Positions 39,338 through 48,556 of a DNA stretch of 64,000 nt are shown here, piece by piece (within the stretch, counting starts at the first letter, position 1; every line of letters begins with the position of its first letter). The notes beneath the pieces were generated by a model, which was not told the origin of the DNA, made no database searches, and worked only from the letters and a program-made list of their open reading frames with translations. The DNA comes from Candidatus Moraniibacteriota bacterium (GTDB lineage: Bacteria > Patescibacteriota > Minisyncoccia > Moranbacterales > UBA1568). The position numbers and the translations under genes were made by a program. The stretch covers positions 69,377 through 133,376 of the forward strand of contig JAAXXG010000002.1 in assembly GCA_013334575.1 (NCBI GenBank), given 5' to 3'.

Positions 39338-39763
39338 TCACTGCCTCCCCGTACTCCCGAAATGCCCCTCTCCGCGTATCGTAGCATCGAGCTCCGAAAC
39401 CTCGCAAACCTCCGGAAGCGCGATCGGCACGACGAGCATCTGGGCGATCCGCTCTCCCGACGCGACCTCATACGGCTCATCCGAGGTGTTGAGCATGATA
39501 ACCTTCCATTCCCCGCGATAGCCGGAATCGATGACGCCGCCGAGATTCGTGATCCCGTGCTTCGCCGCGAGCCCGGACCGGTCCATGATCAGTCCGACGT
39601 ACCCCTCCGGGATCGCGATGGCGACCCCCGTCGGTACGATGCGCCGCTCTCCGGGACCGAGGGCGGATCCCTCCGTCGCGTACAGGTCGAGACCGGCATC
39701 GCCCGGGTGAGCGCGCATCGGTAACACCGCATCCGGATGGAGTCGTTTTATTTCCAGTTTCAT
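39338..39763 (-). CDS. dut: dUTP diphosphatase
   Basis: MKLEIKRLHPDAVLP ... AGLDLYA ... GVIDSGYRGE motifs. 141 aa. 4-nt overlap with tmk. Confidence 0.85.
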   Translation of the reverse strand: MKLEIKRLHPDAVLPMRAHPGDAGLDLYATEGSALGPGERRIVPTGVAIAIPEGYVGLIMDRSGLAAKHGITNLGGVIDSGYRGEWKVIMLNTSDEPYEVASGERIAQMLVVPIALPEVCEVSELDATIRGEGHFGSTGRQ

Positions 39764-40464
39764 AAGAGTCCTTCCACGACTTCGTATACCTTCTCGGCGA
39801 TGTCCTCGCGCGCGAGGAGTTCCCCCTTCCGGACACATTCGACCTGGTGCCAGTCGTTCCGCCTCCGAACGAGCCGAAGCGCGCTCTCGCGGCTTTTCGC
39901 GAGATACCGCTCGTCCGTCTCCAGGGTATCCTTCCGGCTTCCGCCCCGAAGATACGGTTTTTTTGATACTGCCTCCTTCCCGGCCAGGAGGCGTCGCGAT
40001 ACCTCGGTCGGAACATGCAGATGGATGATCGCATCCGGACGCGGCAATCCGAATACGCCGAATTCCATCCGGTCGAGCCATTCGAGAAATTCGCGCCGTT
40101 TCCGCGGCTCGGATATCTTTCCTCCCTGATGGATCTGATTCGAACTCACGTACCGGTCAAGAATGACGACGCATCCGTCTCGGAGCCATCGTTCGATCGT
40201 CGCCTTGGATTCGAACCGGTCGGCCGCATAAAGGACGGAGGTGATCTTCGGGTCAAGACCCGCGAAATCCCCATGTTCACCGGCGAGGCATTCGCCGATC
40301 AATGCTCCGAACAGGTTCGATTCGTATCGCGGAAAATCGAGCATCCGCACGCGATACCCGTCCTTCCGCAGACGGGACAACAGAAGCGCCGCCTGTGTCG
40401 CCTTTCCGGATCCATCGGAGCCGTCGATCACGATGAGTCGCCCCTTGCCGTGCCGCTTCGCCAT
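39760..40464 (-). CDS. tmk: thymidylate kinase
   Basis: P-loop IVIDGSDGSGKATQ, DRY-like DRYVSSN, and a lid region. Confidence 0.85.
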   Translation of the reverse strand: MAKRHGKGRLIVIDGSDGSGKATQAALLLSRLRKDGYRVRMLDFPRYESNLFGALIGECLAGEHGDFAGLDPKITSVLYAADRFESKATIERWLRDGCVVILDRYVSSNQIHQGGKISEPRKRREFLEWLDRMEFGVFGLPRPDAIIHLHVPTEVSRRLLAGKEAVSKKPYLRGGSRKDTLETDERYLAKSRESALRLVRRRNDWHQVECVRKGELLAREDIAEKVYEVVEGLL

Positions 40465-40478
40465 ATATCCGTTTTCAG

Positions 40479-41078
40479 TTATTCGCCCGACTCCGCATCG
40501 CGAAGCCGTTTCCGATCGGAAGCCTCCTTCCGCATCTCTGCGATCGCGGTATCGACCGCCGCATAGAGCTCCTCGAGCGACCCCTCGTTGCCAATCACGT
40601 ACCGGGCCTGTCCCTTGAGCGCGGGAATACCGACTTCGGTCTCGAGCGAATGGTCACGTTTGAAATCCTCGAAAGTCTTGGTATCGTCGTCGGCGTTCTG
40701 TCGGCGTTTCACGATACGCCCGTACCGCGTCTCCATCGATGCCTCGACATAGATGAGCGAGAACTCGGGAAATCCTTTCACGGCCTCGATGTCGGACTGT
40801 CGACGCACACCGTCGATGACCACGAGCGGATTCGGATCCCGCACCGCGTCCTCGGCGATGGCGTGTGAGAGCAGGTTCTCGCCGAAGGCGCTACGGAGCG
40901 CTCCCGAGACCTTCGTCAGGTTCTCCCGGGTCTGCGCGACATGGATCCGGTTCAGGACATCCCGCAGCGGATCGGAAAACATGAACGTCCTCGCGCCGTA
41001 CTGGTTGGCCAGATAGCGTGCGACCGTATCCTTCCCCGAGGCGATCTCGCCCGCGATCCCGACGATGATCTTTCCCAT
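40479..41078 (-). CDS. deoxynucleoside monophosphate kinase, phage T4 gp1-like
   Basis: P-loop IVGIAGEIASGKDTVARYL. The C-terminal VIGNEGSLEELYAAVDTAI closely parallels T4 dNMP kinase VITNDGSLEELFSKIKNTL. Confidence 0.55.
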   Translation of the reverse strand: MGKIIVGIAGEIASGKDTVARYLANQYGARTFMFSDPLRDVLNRIHVAQTRENLTKVSGALRSAFGENLLSHAIAEDAVRDPNPLVVIDGVRRQSDIEAVKGFPEFSLIYVEASMETRYGRIVKRRQNADDDTKTFEDFKRDHSLETEVGIPALKGQARYVIGNEGSLEELYAAVDTAIAEMRKEASDRKRLRDAESGE

Positions 41079-41099
41079 ATGCGTGATTATTAGCCCTTA

Positions 41100-42404
41100 T
41101 TATTCGTCCGTCGGCTTCTCCGTGATATCCTGTCCGCCACGACGCACGTCCCAATCGTCCCGGTCCCGGTCGATATGGAGCGCGACATCCGGAAACCGCT
41201 CCGAGATCTCGTCCGCCATCCGCCATGCTACGGGCCGAATGGTCGGATGCACCGTCTTGCCGCTGCGCAGTTCGACGAAGTAGACGAGGGCCGGCAGGTC
41301 GAAGGTGAAGCGGCACGGCACGCGATAGCCCATGGCGACGAGATACTGCCGCTCCTCCGGGTGCGCTCCGATCGCCGCGATGGCCGCCGTCTGCCCGGCG
41401 ATAAGTTCCTCGGCCTCCTTCCGCACCGCCTCCGGCAGCTGATCCAGGTACCACGGATGGAACCCGTGTCGCGTCGAAAGGAGCGGCATGTGATGGATAC
41501 CGGCGCGATGCCGCTGTATGTCACGGTACGAACCGTAGTCGAGCAGGAAGTCGAACGTGAAGGTGCCCGCGTCGCGTACGTACTGCGGCAGGTTCGTCTT
41601 TTGCGGACGCTTCGCGAGGATATCGCGATACGACGCGAGCGCCCCGGCCGAAACCGTCGTCGTAGCACGGAAGTCCGGCGGGAAATCCGCCGGGTCGAAA
41701 TAGGTTTCCGGCGCGAGAACGTCCTCCCGATACGCGTCCTGTTCCGGATAGCGCTTGTGCGAGAAGCTGTTCGGATAGCGCTCCGAAAGTCTCGAAAGGA
41801 CCGTCTCGGCCATCTCGCGGACCTCGGAAAGCGGATGATGCCGCAGAAGCGAGAGTTTGTCCCATGCCTGCCGCAGGTTCGTATGCCACGAAAGCTGCGT
41901 CGTGATACCGGCCGGGAGGAAACCGCGGAGGATATCGAACGTGCGCGCCTTGATCGCCTTGTCGTAGAGCTTCTCGTCCTCGTCCGCGCGACGCGGATAC
42001 TTCACCCGCAGGTGATCCTCGACCGCGGGGCCCGATGCGACATAGAACGAAAGCCACCGTTCCTGTATCGCCCGCGAAGCGTCGTTCCCGACCGGATCGA
42101 TCATCGGCTGACGGCTCATGTCGATATAGCGGGTACTCGTCTCCTGGCCGGAGTACAGCGGCCAGTCCTGGATCGCCTTGTCGCAGAGGATGCTCACTCC
42201 CTCGATGAAGATTGTCGTACTCCCGCAGTCCGCGATCGAATGGTGCCCGTAGCCCACGTAGAACCGCTCCATGAACTTCCCCGATCCGGTCTCCGCGACC
42301 TTCGCGGCGTGGATCTCGACACTCTCGGCGCTCCGGGAATAGAGCGCCTGCATCATTGCGGTATCCTCGGGTCCGTACTCGTCATAGAGGAAGATCTTGG
42401 GCAT
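41100..42404 (-). CDS. thyX: FAD-dependent thymidylate synthase ThyX, tandem-duplicated (two Thy1 domains in one chain)
   Basis: N-domain: GHHSIADCGSTTIFIEGVSILCDKAIQDWPLYSGQETSTRY, with RHR replaced by QDW. C-domain: FTFDFLLDYGSYRDIQRHRAGIHHMPLLSTR plus RFTFDLPALVYFVELRSGKTVHP. Each half also has the FxWTxNxRxL region. Confidence 0.6.
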   Translation of the reverse strand: MPKIFLYDEYGPEDTAMMQALYSRSAESVEIHAAKVAETGSGKFMERFYVGYGHHSIADCGSTTIFIEGVSILCDKAIQDWPLYSGQETSTRYIDMSRQPMIDPVGNDASRAIQERWLSFYVASGPAVEDHLRVKYPRRADEDEKLYDKAIKARTFDILRGFLPAGITTQLSWHTNLRQAWDKLSLLRHHPLSEVREMAETVLSRLSERYPNSFSHKRYPEQDAYREDVLAPETYFDPADFPPDFRATTTVSAGALASYRDILAKRPQKTNLPQYVRDAGTFTFDFLLDYGSYRDIQRHRAGIHHMPLLSTRHGFHPWYLDQLPEAVRKEAEELIAGQTAAIAAIGAHPEERQYLVAMGYRVPCRFTFDLPALVYFVELRSGKTVHPTIRPVAWRMADEISERFPDVALHIDRDRDDWDVRRGGQDITEKPTDE

Positions 42405-42557
42405 AGAGGTTCCCGTTAAGATGACGACCCTAGCACCCTATTTTCGCACGAATCACGACGGGTCGCAAACGTCGCCGCGCAACCGAAAAACGGACGAAAG
42501 TCCGAGAAAAGGAAAAAGCGCCCGCGGTTTCGCGAACGCCCCCTTCCGTTTCCGGGC

Positions 42558-42800
42558 TCAGGCCGTATACGGCGTGATTGCAAGGAATGAGAACTGACCG
42601 ATATTCACGCCTGCCTCAGTATTGAGGTGCGCGACTCGATCTCCTCTTTTTCCGGCGGAACTGATATAGGAAACCACAAAAGGACCTTCCGAATGAGCAT
42701 CCTTTTTATGCCCGTAATCAGGATGGTCGGGATTCCACGTCACCAGATCGCCGACTTCGAACATGACCTTCCTCTCACTCAATTTCTCCGTTTGAGACAT
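42558..42800 (-). CDS. hypothetical small protein
   Basis: 80-aa ORF. Weak support only. Confidence 0.3.
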   Translation of the reverse strand: MSQTEKLSERKVMFEVGDLVTWNPDHPDYGHKKDAHSEGPFVVSYISSAGKRGDRVAHLNTEAGVNIGQFSFLAITPYTA

Positions 42801-43185
42801 AATCCCTCCGCTTTTTTAACTTGCCGATATTCCGTTTTCCGATGCGGGAAATTATCGCACGGACATCGGAACCTGTCAATCGCGATCCCTTCCCGTCGTC
42901 CGTCATCCCTTTGTGTATGAGTGCACGTTCCGTCATTGGAGGAGGACCTGATCTGCATTCACGGATTGACTCGGAATGTGTTCCGTGCTATCGTACCGCT
43001 TTGTGGTCTTCTTTCACAATCGCACGGTGTCCGGCCTTCCTCCCGCCGATATGGTGGGCGGGCGGCCGGACATCGTACCGGCATGCGCTTCGGGCTTCCC
43101 GTCGGAAGGGTCGGCATCATAGTGATGCCTGTATCCTGCCGATTTCCGGCATACCGATGGAACGACCGAATAAACAAATGACGTC

Positions 43186-43767
43186 ATGAGAGCCGTAACT
43201 GTAACAAACGAGCGACAGGAACCGAAAATCACGGTCGAGAAAAAGTTCATCATCAAAGAGGTTGACCGCTGTGGAATCCGGTTGTCGCGAGGTAAAAAAG
43301 AGCCCGTTTTCGTCCTGGTCGGAGAGCGTGATGCTTCCATCGTGAGACGGTCGACCGACTCGAAAACATCCTTCTTCGTCGACCGCATCGGACTCTCCCG
43401 CCGAATGACAGATTTCGGAGACTGGCGATACCGGCTTGTCGATGAACGATTCGGCCAGCGATATCCGAACGACTCCGTCCTGATCCGACTTATCATCGAT
43501 TCAGGAACCGATGATAGCTGCAAGATCCATTACGATCCCGCGGTGGAGATGATCAGCGTGCAGACCTACGCCAAAAAGGAATCTGAGCAAATCTTCACCC
43601 GCTCGGAGGCGCTCGCCATTCTCAAACCGGGACAGTCCCTCTTCGCCGAACGGCATGGGAGCGGCATCGACAAACCGTACGGGTGCATCAGAAACCATAA
43701 CGGACGGATCGAGGTCACCTGGAGCGAATCCAAGGACGATCTGCCTGCCCTCTTCTGCACCTACTGA
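43186..43767 (+). CDS. hypothetical protein
   Basis: 193-aa ORF with no motifs recognised. Confidence 0.4.
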   Translation: MRAVTVTNERQEPKITVEKKFIIKEVDRCGIRLSRGKKEPVFVLVGERDASIVRRSTDSKTSFFVDRIGLSRRMTDFGDWRYRLVDERFGQRYPNDSVLIRLIIDSGTDDSCKIHYDPAVEMISVQTYAKKESEQIFTRSEALAILKPGQSLFAERHGSGIDKPYGCIRNHNGRIEVTWSESKDDLPALFCTY

Positions 43768-43914
43768 TCCGGCAACCGATTATCCGAAACCCTTCGTCAG
43801 CGCACGGAGGGTTTCAATTTTCAATACCTTCCAACCCGTTACGAACCAGAGCGTCTTTTTTTTCCGCTTTGACGTCTCGGGATAAAACCTGCAACACCGC
43901 CCGAATCGTCACGA

Positions 43915-44015
43915 GACGACAGCGGGAAGGTTTTTTCGTTTCAAGCCCCTCCTTTCCGATTTCATCAAAAAAATGAGGCTCATATAAGCCTCATTATTTG
44001 ATCGTTTCGGATTTC
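43915..44015. repeat. intergenic repeat element A (about 100 nt, terminator-containing)
   Basis: Near-identical to B at 44677..44774. Contains a hairpin aatgaggctcatataagcctcatt with an A-run before and a T-rich run after, acting as a bidirectional terminator. Confidence 0.7.
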
Positions 44016-44132
44016 TGACAAAATGAAAGCGTTTGCCTCAGGCAACACCCGGAATTTTGACAGCACCGAAAGAACCCTATAACATGCCAAAAAAAGCCCT
44101 TTCCCATCAACCGAACGATTCCCGGAGGCAAC

Positions 44133-44624
44133 ATGCGAACGCAACGAAGCTATTATCTCGCCGCATTTCTTGGCGCGCTATATGCGCCGATTCTCGGGAC
44201 GGTCTACCCGGACGCCTTGTCGATCGAAGTACCGCTTAGTGTATCCGTAACAGTTGCGGCCGTCTTTATACTGGTCTTCTCCACGCTCCTTCGAAGAAAC
44301 GGTTTCCGCTCCGCGCTTGGGGTAGCGGGTTACCAACTGGCATACCTGACAACTCTACTGTCGCTCGCGGTACAATATCTTAAACATGGAACCGGAGCAG
44401 TCGCTCCCGCCTTCTTCGGAACATTCGCCCATTCTTCCGTTACTGTTCTTTCCTCGATTCAAGACGAGAAATTCCTACTGGTATTTATCTGGACGGCTGT
44501 CGCCATGAACAATGCCATGGTGTACCTTCATCCGCCAATCCACGTATTGTGGACCGTCGCCCTCATGTTCTACGTCCTCTACGGACTGTCCGAGGAGCCC
44601 GAGACGATCGCTCCGGAATCGTAG
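44133..44624 (+). CDS. small integral membrane protein
   Basis: 163 aa with 5 hydrophobic helices. Flanked by repeats A and B. Confidence 0.45.
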   Translation: MRTQRSYYLAAFLGALYAPILGTVYPDALSIEVPLSVSVTVAAVFILVFSTLLRRNGFRSALGVAGYQLAYLTTLLSLAVQYLKHGTGAVAPAFFGTFAHSSVTVLSSIQDEKFLLVFIWTAVAMNNAMVYLHPPIHVLWTVALMFYVLYGLSEEPETIAPES

Positions 44625-44676
44625 GGCCTGTGCCGAATCAAGAATGAAGCCTCCCCGCTCGAATCATCGCAAGATG

Positions 44677-44774
44677 ACGACGGGGAGGTTTTTTCGTTTC
44701 AAACCCCTCCTTTCCGATTTCATCAAAAAAATGAGGCTCATATAAGCCTCATTATTTGATCGTTTCGGATTTCG
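44677..44774. repeat. intergenic repeat element B
   Basis: Same element as A, with an additional upstream stem cctccccg ... cggggagg followed by TTTTTT. Confidence 0.7.
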
Positions 44775-44864
44775 GGCAAAATCTGAACCTATGAACGTCC
44801 CTCGTGATCCGGTAAGAAAGAAGCCCGTGTTCTTGGAACACGGGCCTCGAAAAGAACATACCTG

Positions 44865-46029
44865 TCAGAGGTTCGTCATGATGGCCTCCCCCATCGCCTC
44901 GGTACCGAGAATCATATCGCGGTTATCAACCAGCCTCGCCAAATCCGCGGTACGATATCCCGCCAAAAGCGTCTTCTCCACCGCCTTCTCGATAGCCCCC
45001 GCACCAACCTTCGCTCCGATATGACGAAGCATCATCGCAGCCGTCAGGATCCGACCGATAGGATTCACCTTATCCTTCCCCTTAAGGTCGCAGGCCGTTC
45101 CCGCTCCGCTCTCGAACATTGCGGAACCGGTTTCCGGATTCACGGCGGAACTGCACATCATACCAAGACTTCCCAGCATGCCAGCAGCGCCGTCGGAGAG
45201 AATGTCGCCGTGTTCGTTTCCGCACATGATGACTCCCGCAAGCTTCATCGGCATGCCGAGCAGTGCGTTCGCCGCATCGACATACAGATGGGAAAGCGGG
45301 ACATCGGGGAATTCTGCCTTTCCGATCTCGGTCGCCATTTTCCGCCACAGTACGTAGCGAGCCATCACGTTCGTCTTATCGATCGAGATGACCGGAAGAC
45401 CGCGCTCCCGGGCATACCAAAACACGGCACGCATGTACTTCAGGAGCGTCTCGCGACGATAATAGGCAAGTTCAACGACCGCCTCCTCATCCCCGACGAC
45501 TTCCTTCTTCAACTTGATCATCAACTGGTCCCGCACTCCGCAACCGATATGATCATACAGATCCGAAGTGCCAAAGTAACTGTCCTCGAGCAGCATCCGG
45601 ACGAAAACCTGTACTATACCATCCGATGGGATATTTTCCGGCCGCACGAGACACAGATGATCCAGCGACTTGTGATAGACGACCGGCCGGAAGTTGAGCA
45701 ACAAGCCCATTTCCTTGCGCAGGGCAAGTAATGCCCGTGCTTCCGGCATCATCTCCGGATGTTTCACGCCGAGCGTCTTATCAATCTCAGTATCCCCCAC
45801 TCCTCCGAAGAAGAGTGTCCCGATCTCCACTGCTCGTTTCAACGACTCGGCAGGAAGCGTATCGCCGAATTCCCTGAAGGCGTTCCACCCCATCGGCGTT
45901 TTTTCGAAGACGATCTCGATACCGTCCTTTTTCGCGGCTTCGATGGCGACCGCACATGCGGCCGCCATCATTTCCGGAGCCGCCCCGTCGCCCGTCACGA
46001 GCGCGATTCGAACTTCCCTTCCTTCTTTC
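44865..46029 (-). CDS. isocitrate/3-isopropylmalate dehydrogenase family (LeuB-like)
   Basis: IALVTGDGAAPEMM, a GSLGMMCSSAV region and a dehydrogenase C-terminus. Start assigned to TTG at 46027-46029, preceded by AAAGGAGGG, to avoid a 115-nt overlap with the upstream gene. Confidence 0.7.
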
Positions 46030-46051
46030 AAGAGTCCCTCCTTTTGTTGAT

Positions 46052-48019
46052 TTACAGCTTTCCTTCCGCCTGCAATCCGGCGGCTGTCTCGAACATGAAC
46101 GGGATGACTCCGCCTTTCCTGAGCAGCTCCTTCTGCAGCCAGGTAAGCTTGAACGGAATCTCCCACATGTCCTCACCCGCCGTACCGACGCGGACCACAC
46201 CCTCGTCCGGAAGCACTTCGACCGTGTCCGGTCGCCTCTCACGCAGGTCATTCATGACCTCGTCCGGGAGTTCGACACACAGCAGGCCGTTCGCAAACAT
46301 GCTGGCACTGAAAATACGTGCGAAGCTCGACGCGATAACGCATGTGATTCCAGCCTCGAAAAGGGACCAAGGAGCATGTTCACGCGACGAACCGCAACCG
46401 AAGTTCTTACCAGCGACCAGTACGCTCGACCGGAACAGCCGTTCCTGTTCCTCCCCGGTCAGGTCGACCCCTTCAAGACAGTGCTGTCCAAGCCCGGTTT
46501 TCACGGACGTCGTCAGGTACTTCGCCGGGATGATGACATCCGTATCGACATTGTCCCCTCTCTTCCCCTGGAGATACAAGACTTTCCCCGAGAACTCCGG
46601 CTTGACCGTGATGCGCGTGGCCCGATGCAGTACGCCGTAGTCCGGCCGACTCAACTCGGTCACCCCATCCCAGTCTGTGAGATTGAGCGGATGACCTTCT
46701 TCGGACATGCTCGCGATATCGTCGAGCACACGTCCACACAGCTCCGGACTCGGCACCGCGACGCTTCCCGTCATGGCCGACAACGCCGCCACCGCCGGAG
46801 AACAGAGATGCACCATACCGCCCTTACCCATCCTTCCCTTGAAGTTCCGGTTACTGGTCGAAATGCACACCTCTCCGGGAGCGAGGACGCCTCCGCTCAT
46901 ACCCAGGCACGGTCCGCACGTCGCTGACATGACGACGCATCCCGCGGCCATGAATACATCGATGAGACCCTCATACAAAGCTCGCCGATAGATATGCTGC
47001 GTCGCCGGAATAACGATACACCGCGTACCGTCAGCGATCCTGCCGCCGAAATCACGCATGATGCCGGCCGCGATGCGCAGGTCTTCCAGGCGTCCGTTCG
47101 TGCAGGATCCGATGAACACCTGCTGAAACGGCATACCCTCCAGATCGGACGCTGGCACGACATCGGCCGGGGTATACTCCACCGTGATGAGCGGCTGCCT
47201 GTCAGTCACGTCGATCGTGATGACCTGATTATACTCGGCATTCGGGTCGCTGTTCCACGCCAGCAATTCCTCTTCCTCATATCCCGCCGACTCGATGAGC
47301 GGCCGCAGATATTCGATGGTCTTGTCGTCCACCGCCACCATACCGGATGTCGCCCCGGCCTCGACCACCATGTTCGTCATGGTCATCCTCGCCTCCATGC
47401 TGAGCGCCTCCACGACCGGCCCGCCGAATTCGATGACCGCATTCGTCGCGCCGGCAACTCCCATCACCTCGATCAGCATCAGGATGAGGTCCTTGGCGAA
47501 CACGTTCGCCGGGAGTGTCCCGACATACTCGACGCGGATCACCCGCTGAGGCTGACAGAACCAGAGCTCGGTCGAAACGGCCGCCATCATCTCCGAAGTC
47601 CCGACTCCCGCGGTAAGCGCACCGAACGCGCCACCGGTACAGGTATGACTGTCACCCATGACGGCAATCTGCCCCGGGAACAGCCACCCGCTCTCGGGAA
47701 AAAGCGCGTGACAAACGCCCCCCTGCCCCGCATCGCGGAATTCGATGCCGTGTTCCTTACACCATTTTCGCAGCGTATCGGCCTGAAACGCCGTCGCCTC
47801 GTCGTTGGACGGGCAGACGTGGTCGATCGTCGCTTTTATCCTGTTCGGATCGAATACCACGTCACAGCCGCGGGCCTTCATGTCCACGATACCAGGAGGC
47901 GTCGTGATTTCATGACAGAAGACCTGATCCACTTTCAGCACCATGGTCCCGTCCGGAAGCGTTTTCAGCAAATGCGCATCGACGATTTTCTGATACGCCG
48001 TTTTTCCTCGTTTCTGCAT
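46052..48019 (-). CDS. aconitase-family hydro-lyase, fused large+small subunit (LeuC/LeuD-like)
   Basis: 655 aa. Fe-S cluster cysteines in GSCTNGR and TCGPCLG contexts, and a LeuD-like swivel domain at the C-terminus. Confidence 0.8.
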   Translation of the reverse strand: MQKRGKTAYQKIVDAHLLKTLPDGTMVLKVDQVFCHEITTPPGIVDMKARGCDVVFDPNRIKATIDHVCPSNDEATAFQADTLRKWCKEHGIEFRDAGQGGVCHALFPESGWLFPGQIAVMGDSHTCTGGAFGALTAGVGTSEMMAAVSTELWFCQPQRVIRVEYVGTLPANVFAKDLILMLIEVMGVAGATNAVIEFGGPVVEALSMEARMTMTNMVVEAGATSGMVAVDDKTIEYLRPLIESAGYEEEELLAWNSDPNAEYNQVITIDVTDRQPLITVEYTPADVVPASDLEGMPFQQVFIGSCTNGRLEDLRIAAGIMRDFGGRIADGTRCIVIPATQHIYRRALYEGLIDVFMAAGCVVMSATCGPCLGMSGGVLAPGEVCISTSNRNFKGRMGKGGMVHLCSPAVAALSAMTGSVAVPSPELCGRVLDDIASMSEEGHPLNLTDWDGVTELSRPDYGVLHRATRITVKPEFSGKVLYLQGKRGDNVDTDVIIPAKYLTTSVKTGLGQHCLEGVDLTGEEQERLFRSSVLVAGKNFGCGSSREHAPWSLFEAGITCVIASSFARIFSASMFANGLLCVELPDEVMNDLRERRPDTVEVLPDEGVVRVGTAGEDMWEIPFKLTWLQKELLRKGGVIPFMFETAAGLQAEGKL

Positions 48020-48182
48020 GTTCGTCCCCTGTTTTCGTTGAGTGAATATACTATTTGTTAAACAAAACGGATCCTACAGTGCAGGATCTCGTGCCATTCC
48101 GATATACCAGGAAACGACTCGTATAGCAAGCGGATAATGACATTTACGACTTCAAACCGTCTTTTGGCCACAATCTTCCCAG

Positions 48183-48238
48183 TTTCACCAAAAAAATGAG
48201 GCTCATATAAGCCTCGTTATTTGATCGTTTCCGATTTC
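48183..48238. repeat. intergenic repeat element C (core of the A/B family)
   Basis: tttcaccaaaaaaatgaggctcatataagcctcgttatttgatcgtttccgatttc. Confidence 0.65.
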
Positions 48239-48284
48239 GGGCAGAACCGGGCAGATTCTGGAAACGTTACATAATCTGACGACC

Positions 48285-48401
48285 GCATTATTTTGTAACG
48301 TTTTCTGAGCGATGGATGGAAACGACTTGGTAGATGATTGTGTCGATCGCGGTCACGGTCAGCACCGGCATATCGTCTTCCGTCGCACGGATGAGGTTCA
48401 T
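48285..48401 (-). pseudogene. detached 5' fragment of the GNAT acetyltransferase gene (copy X)
   Basis: rc encodes MNLIRATEDDMPVLTVTAID ...; the first ~50 nt match the start of 50113..50574. Confidence 0.5.
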
Positions 48402-48556
48402 AGCGACCCAGCTCTTCAGGATCGTATCAGGCCCCTTTTCCGATTCCAGATAGCGTTTCGTTCCGTCAATTATTTTTTTCCACGCGAGCGGAATGTTTTT
48501 TTATCTAAAAAAAGCAGGTCCCACATTCGTGAGACCTGCTAAATACTCTCCTTTCA

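Noticed and set aside
39764-40081. N-terminal 106 aa of ORF 39338..40081
   Set aside because: Arg/Gly-rich extension overlapping tmk in another frame. The dUTPase fold begins at MKLEIKRL (rc ATG 39761-39763).
41175-42419. 414-aa plus-strand ORF
   Set aside because: Antisense to thyX. Arg-rich and lacking domains.
46994-48061. 355-aa plus-strand ORF and other antisense ORFs over the aconitase-family gene
   Set aside because: Antisense read-through. The minus-strand gene carries Fe-S cluster motifs and a LeuD-like domain.
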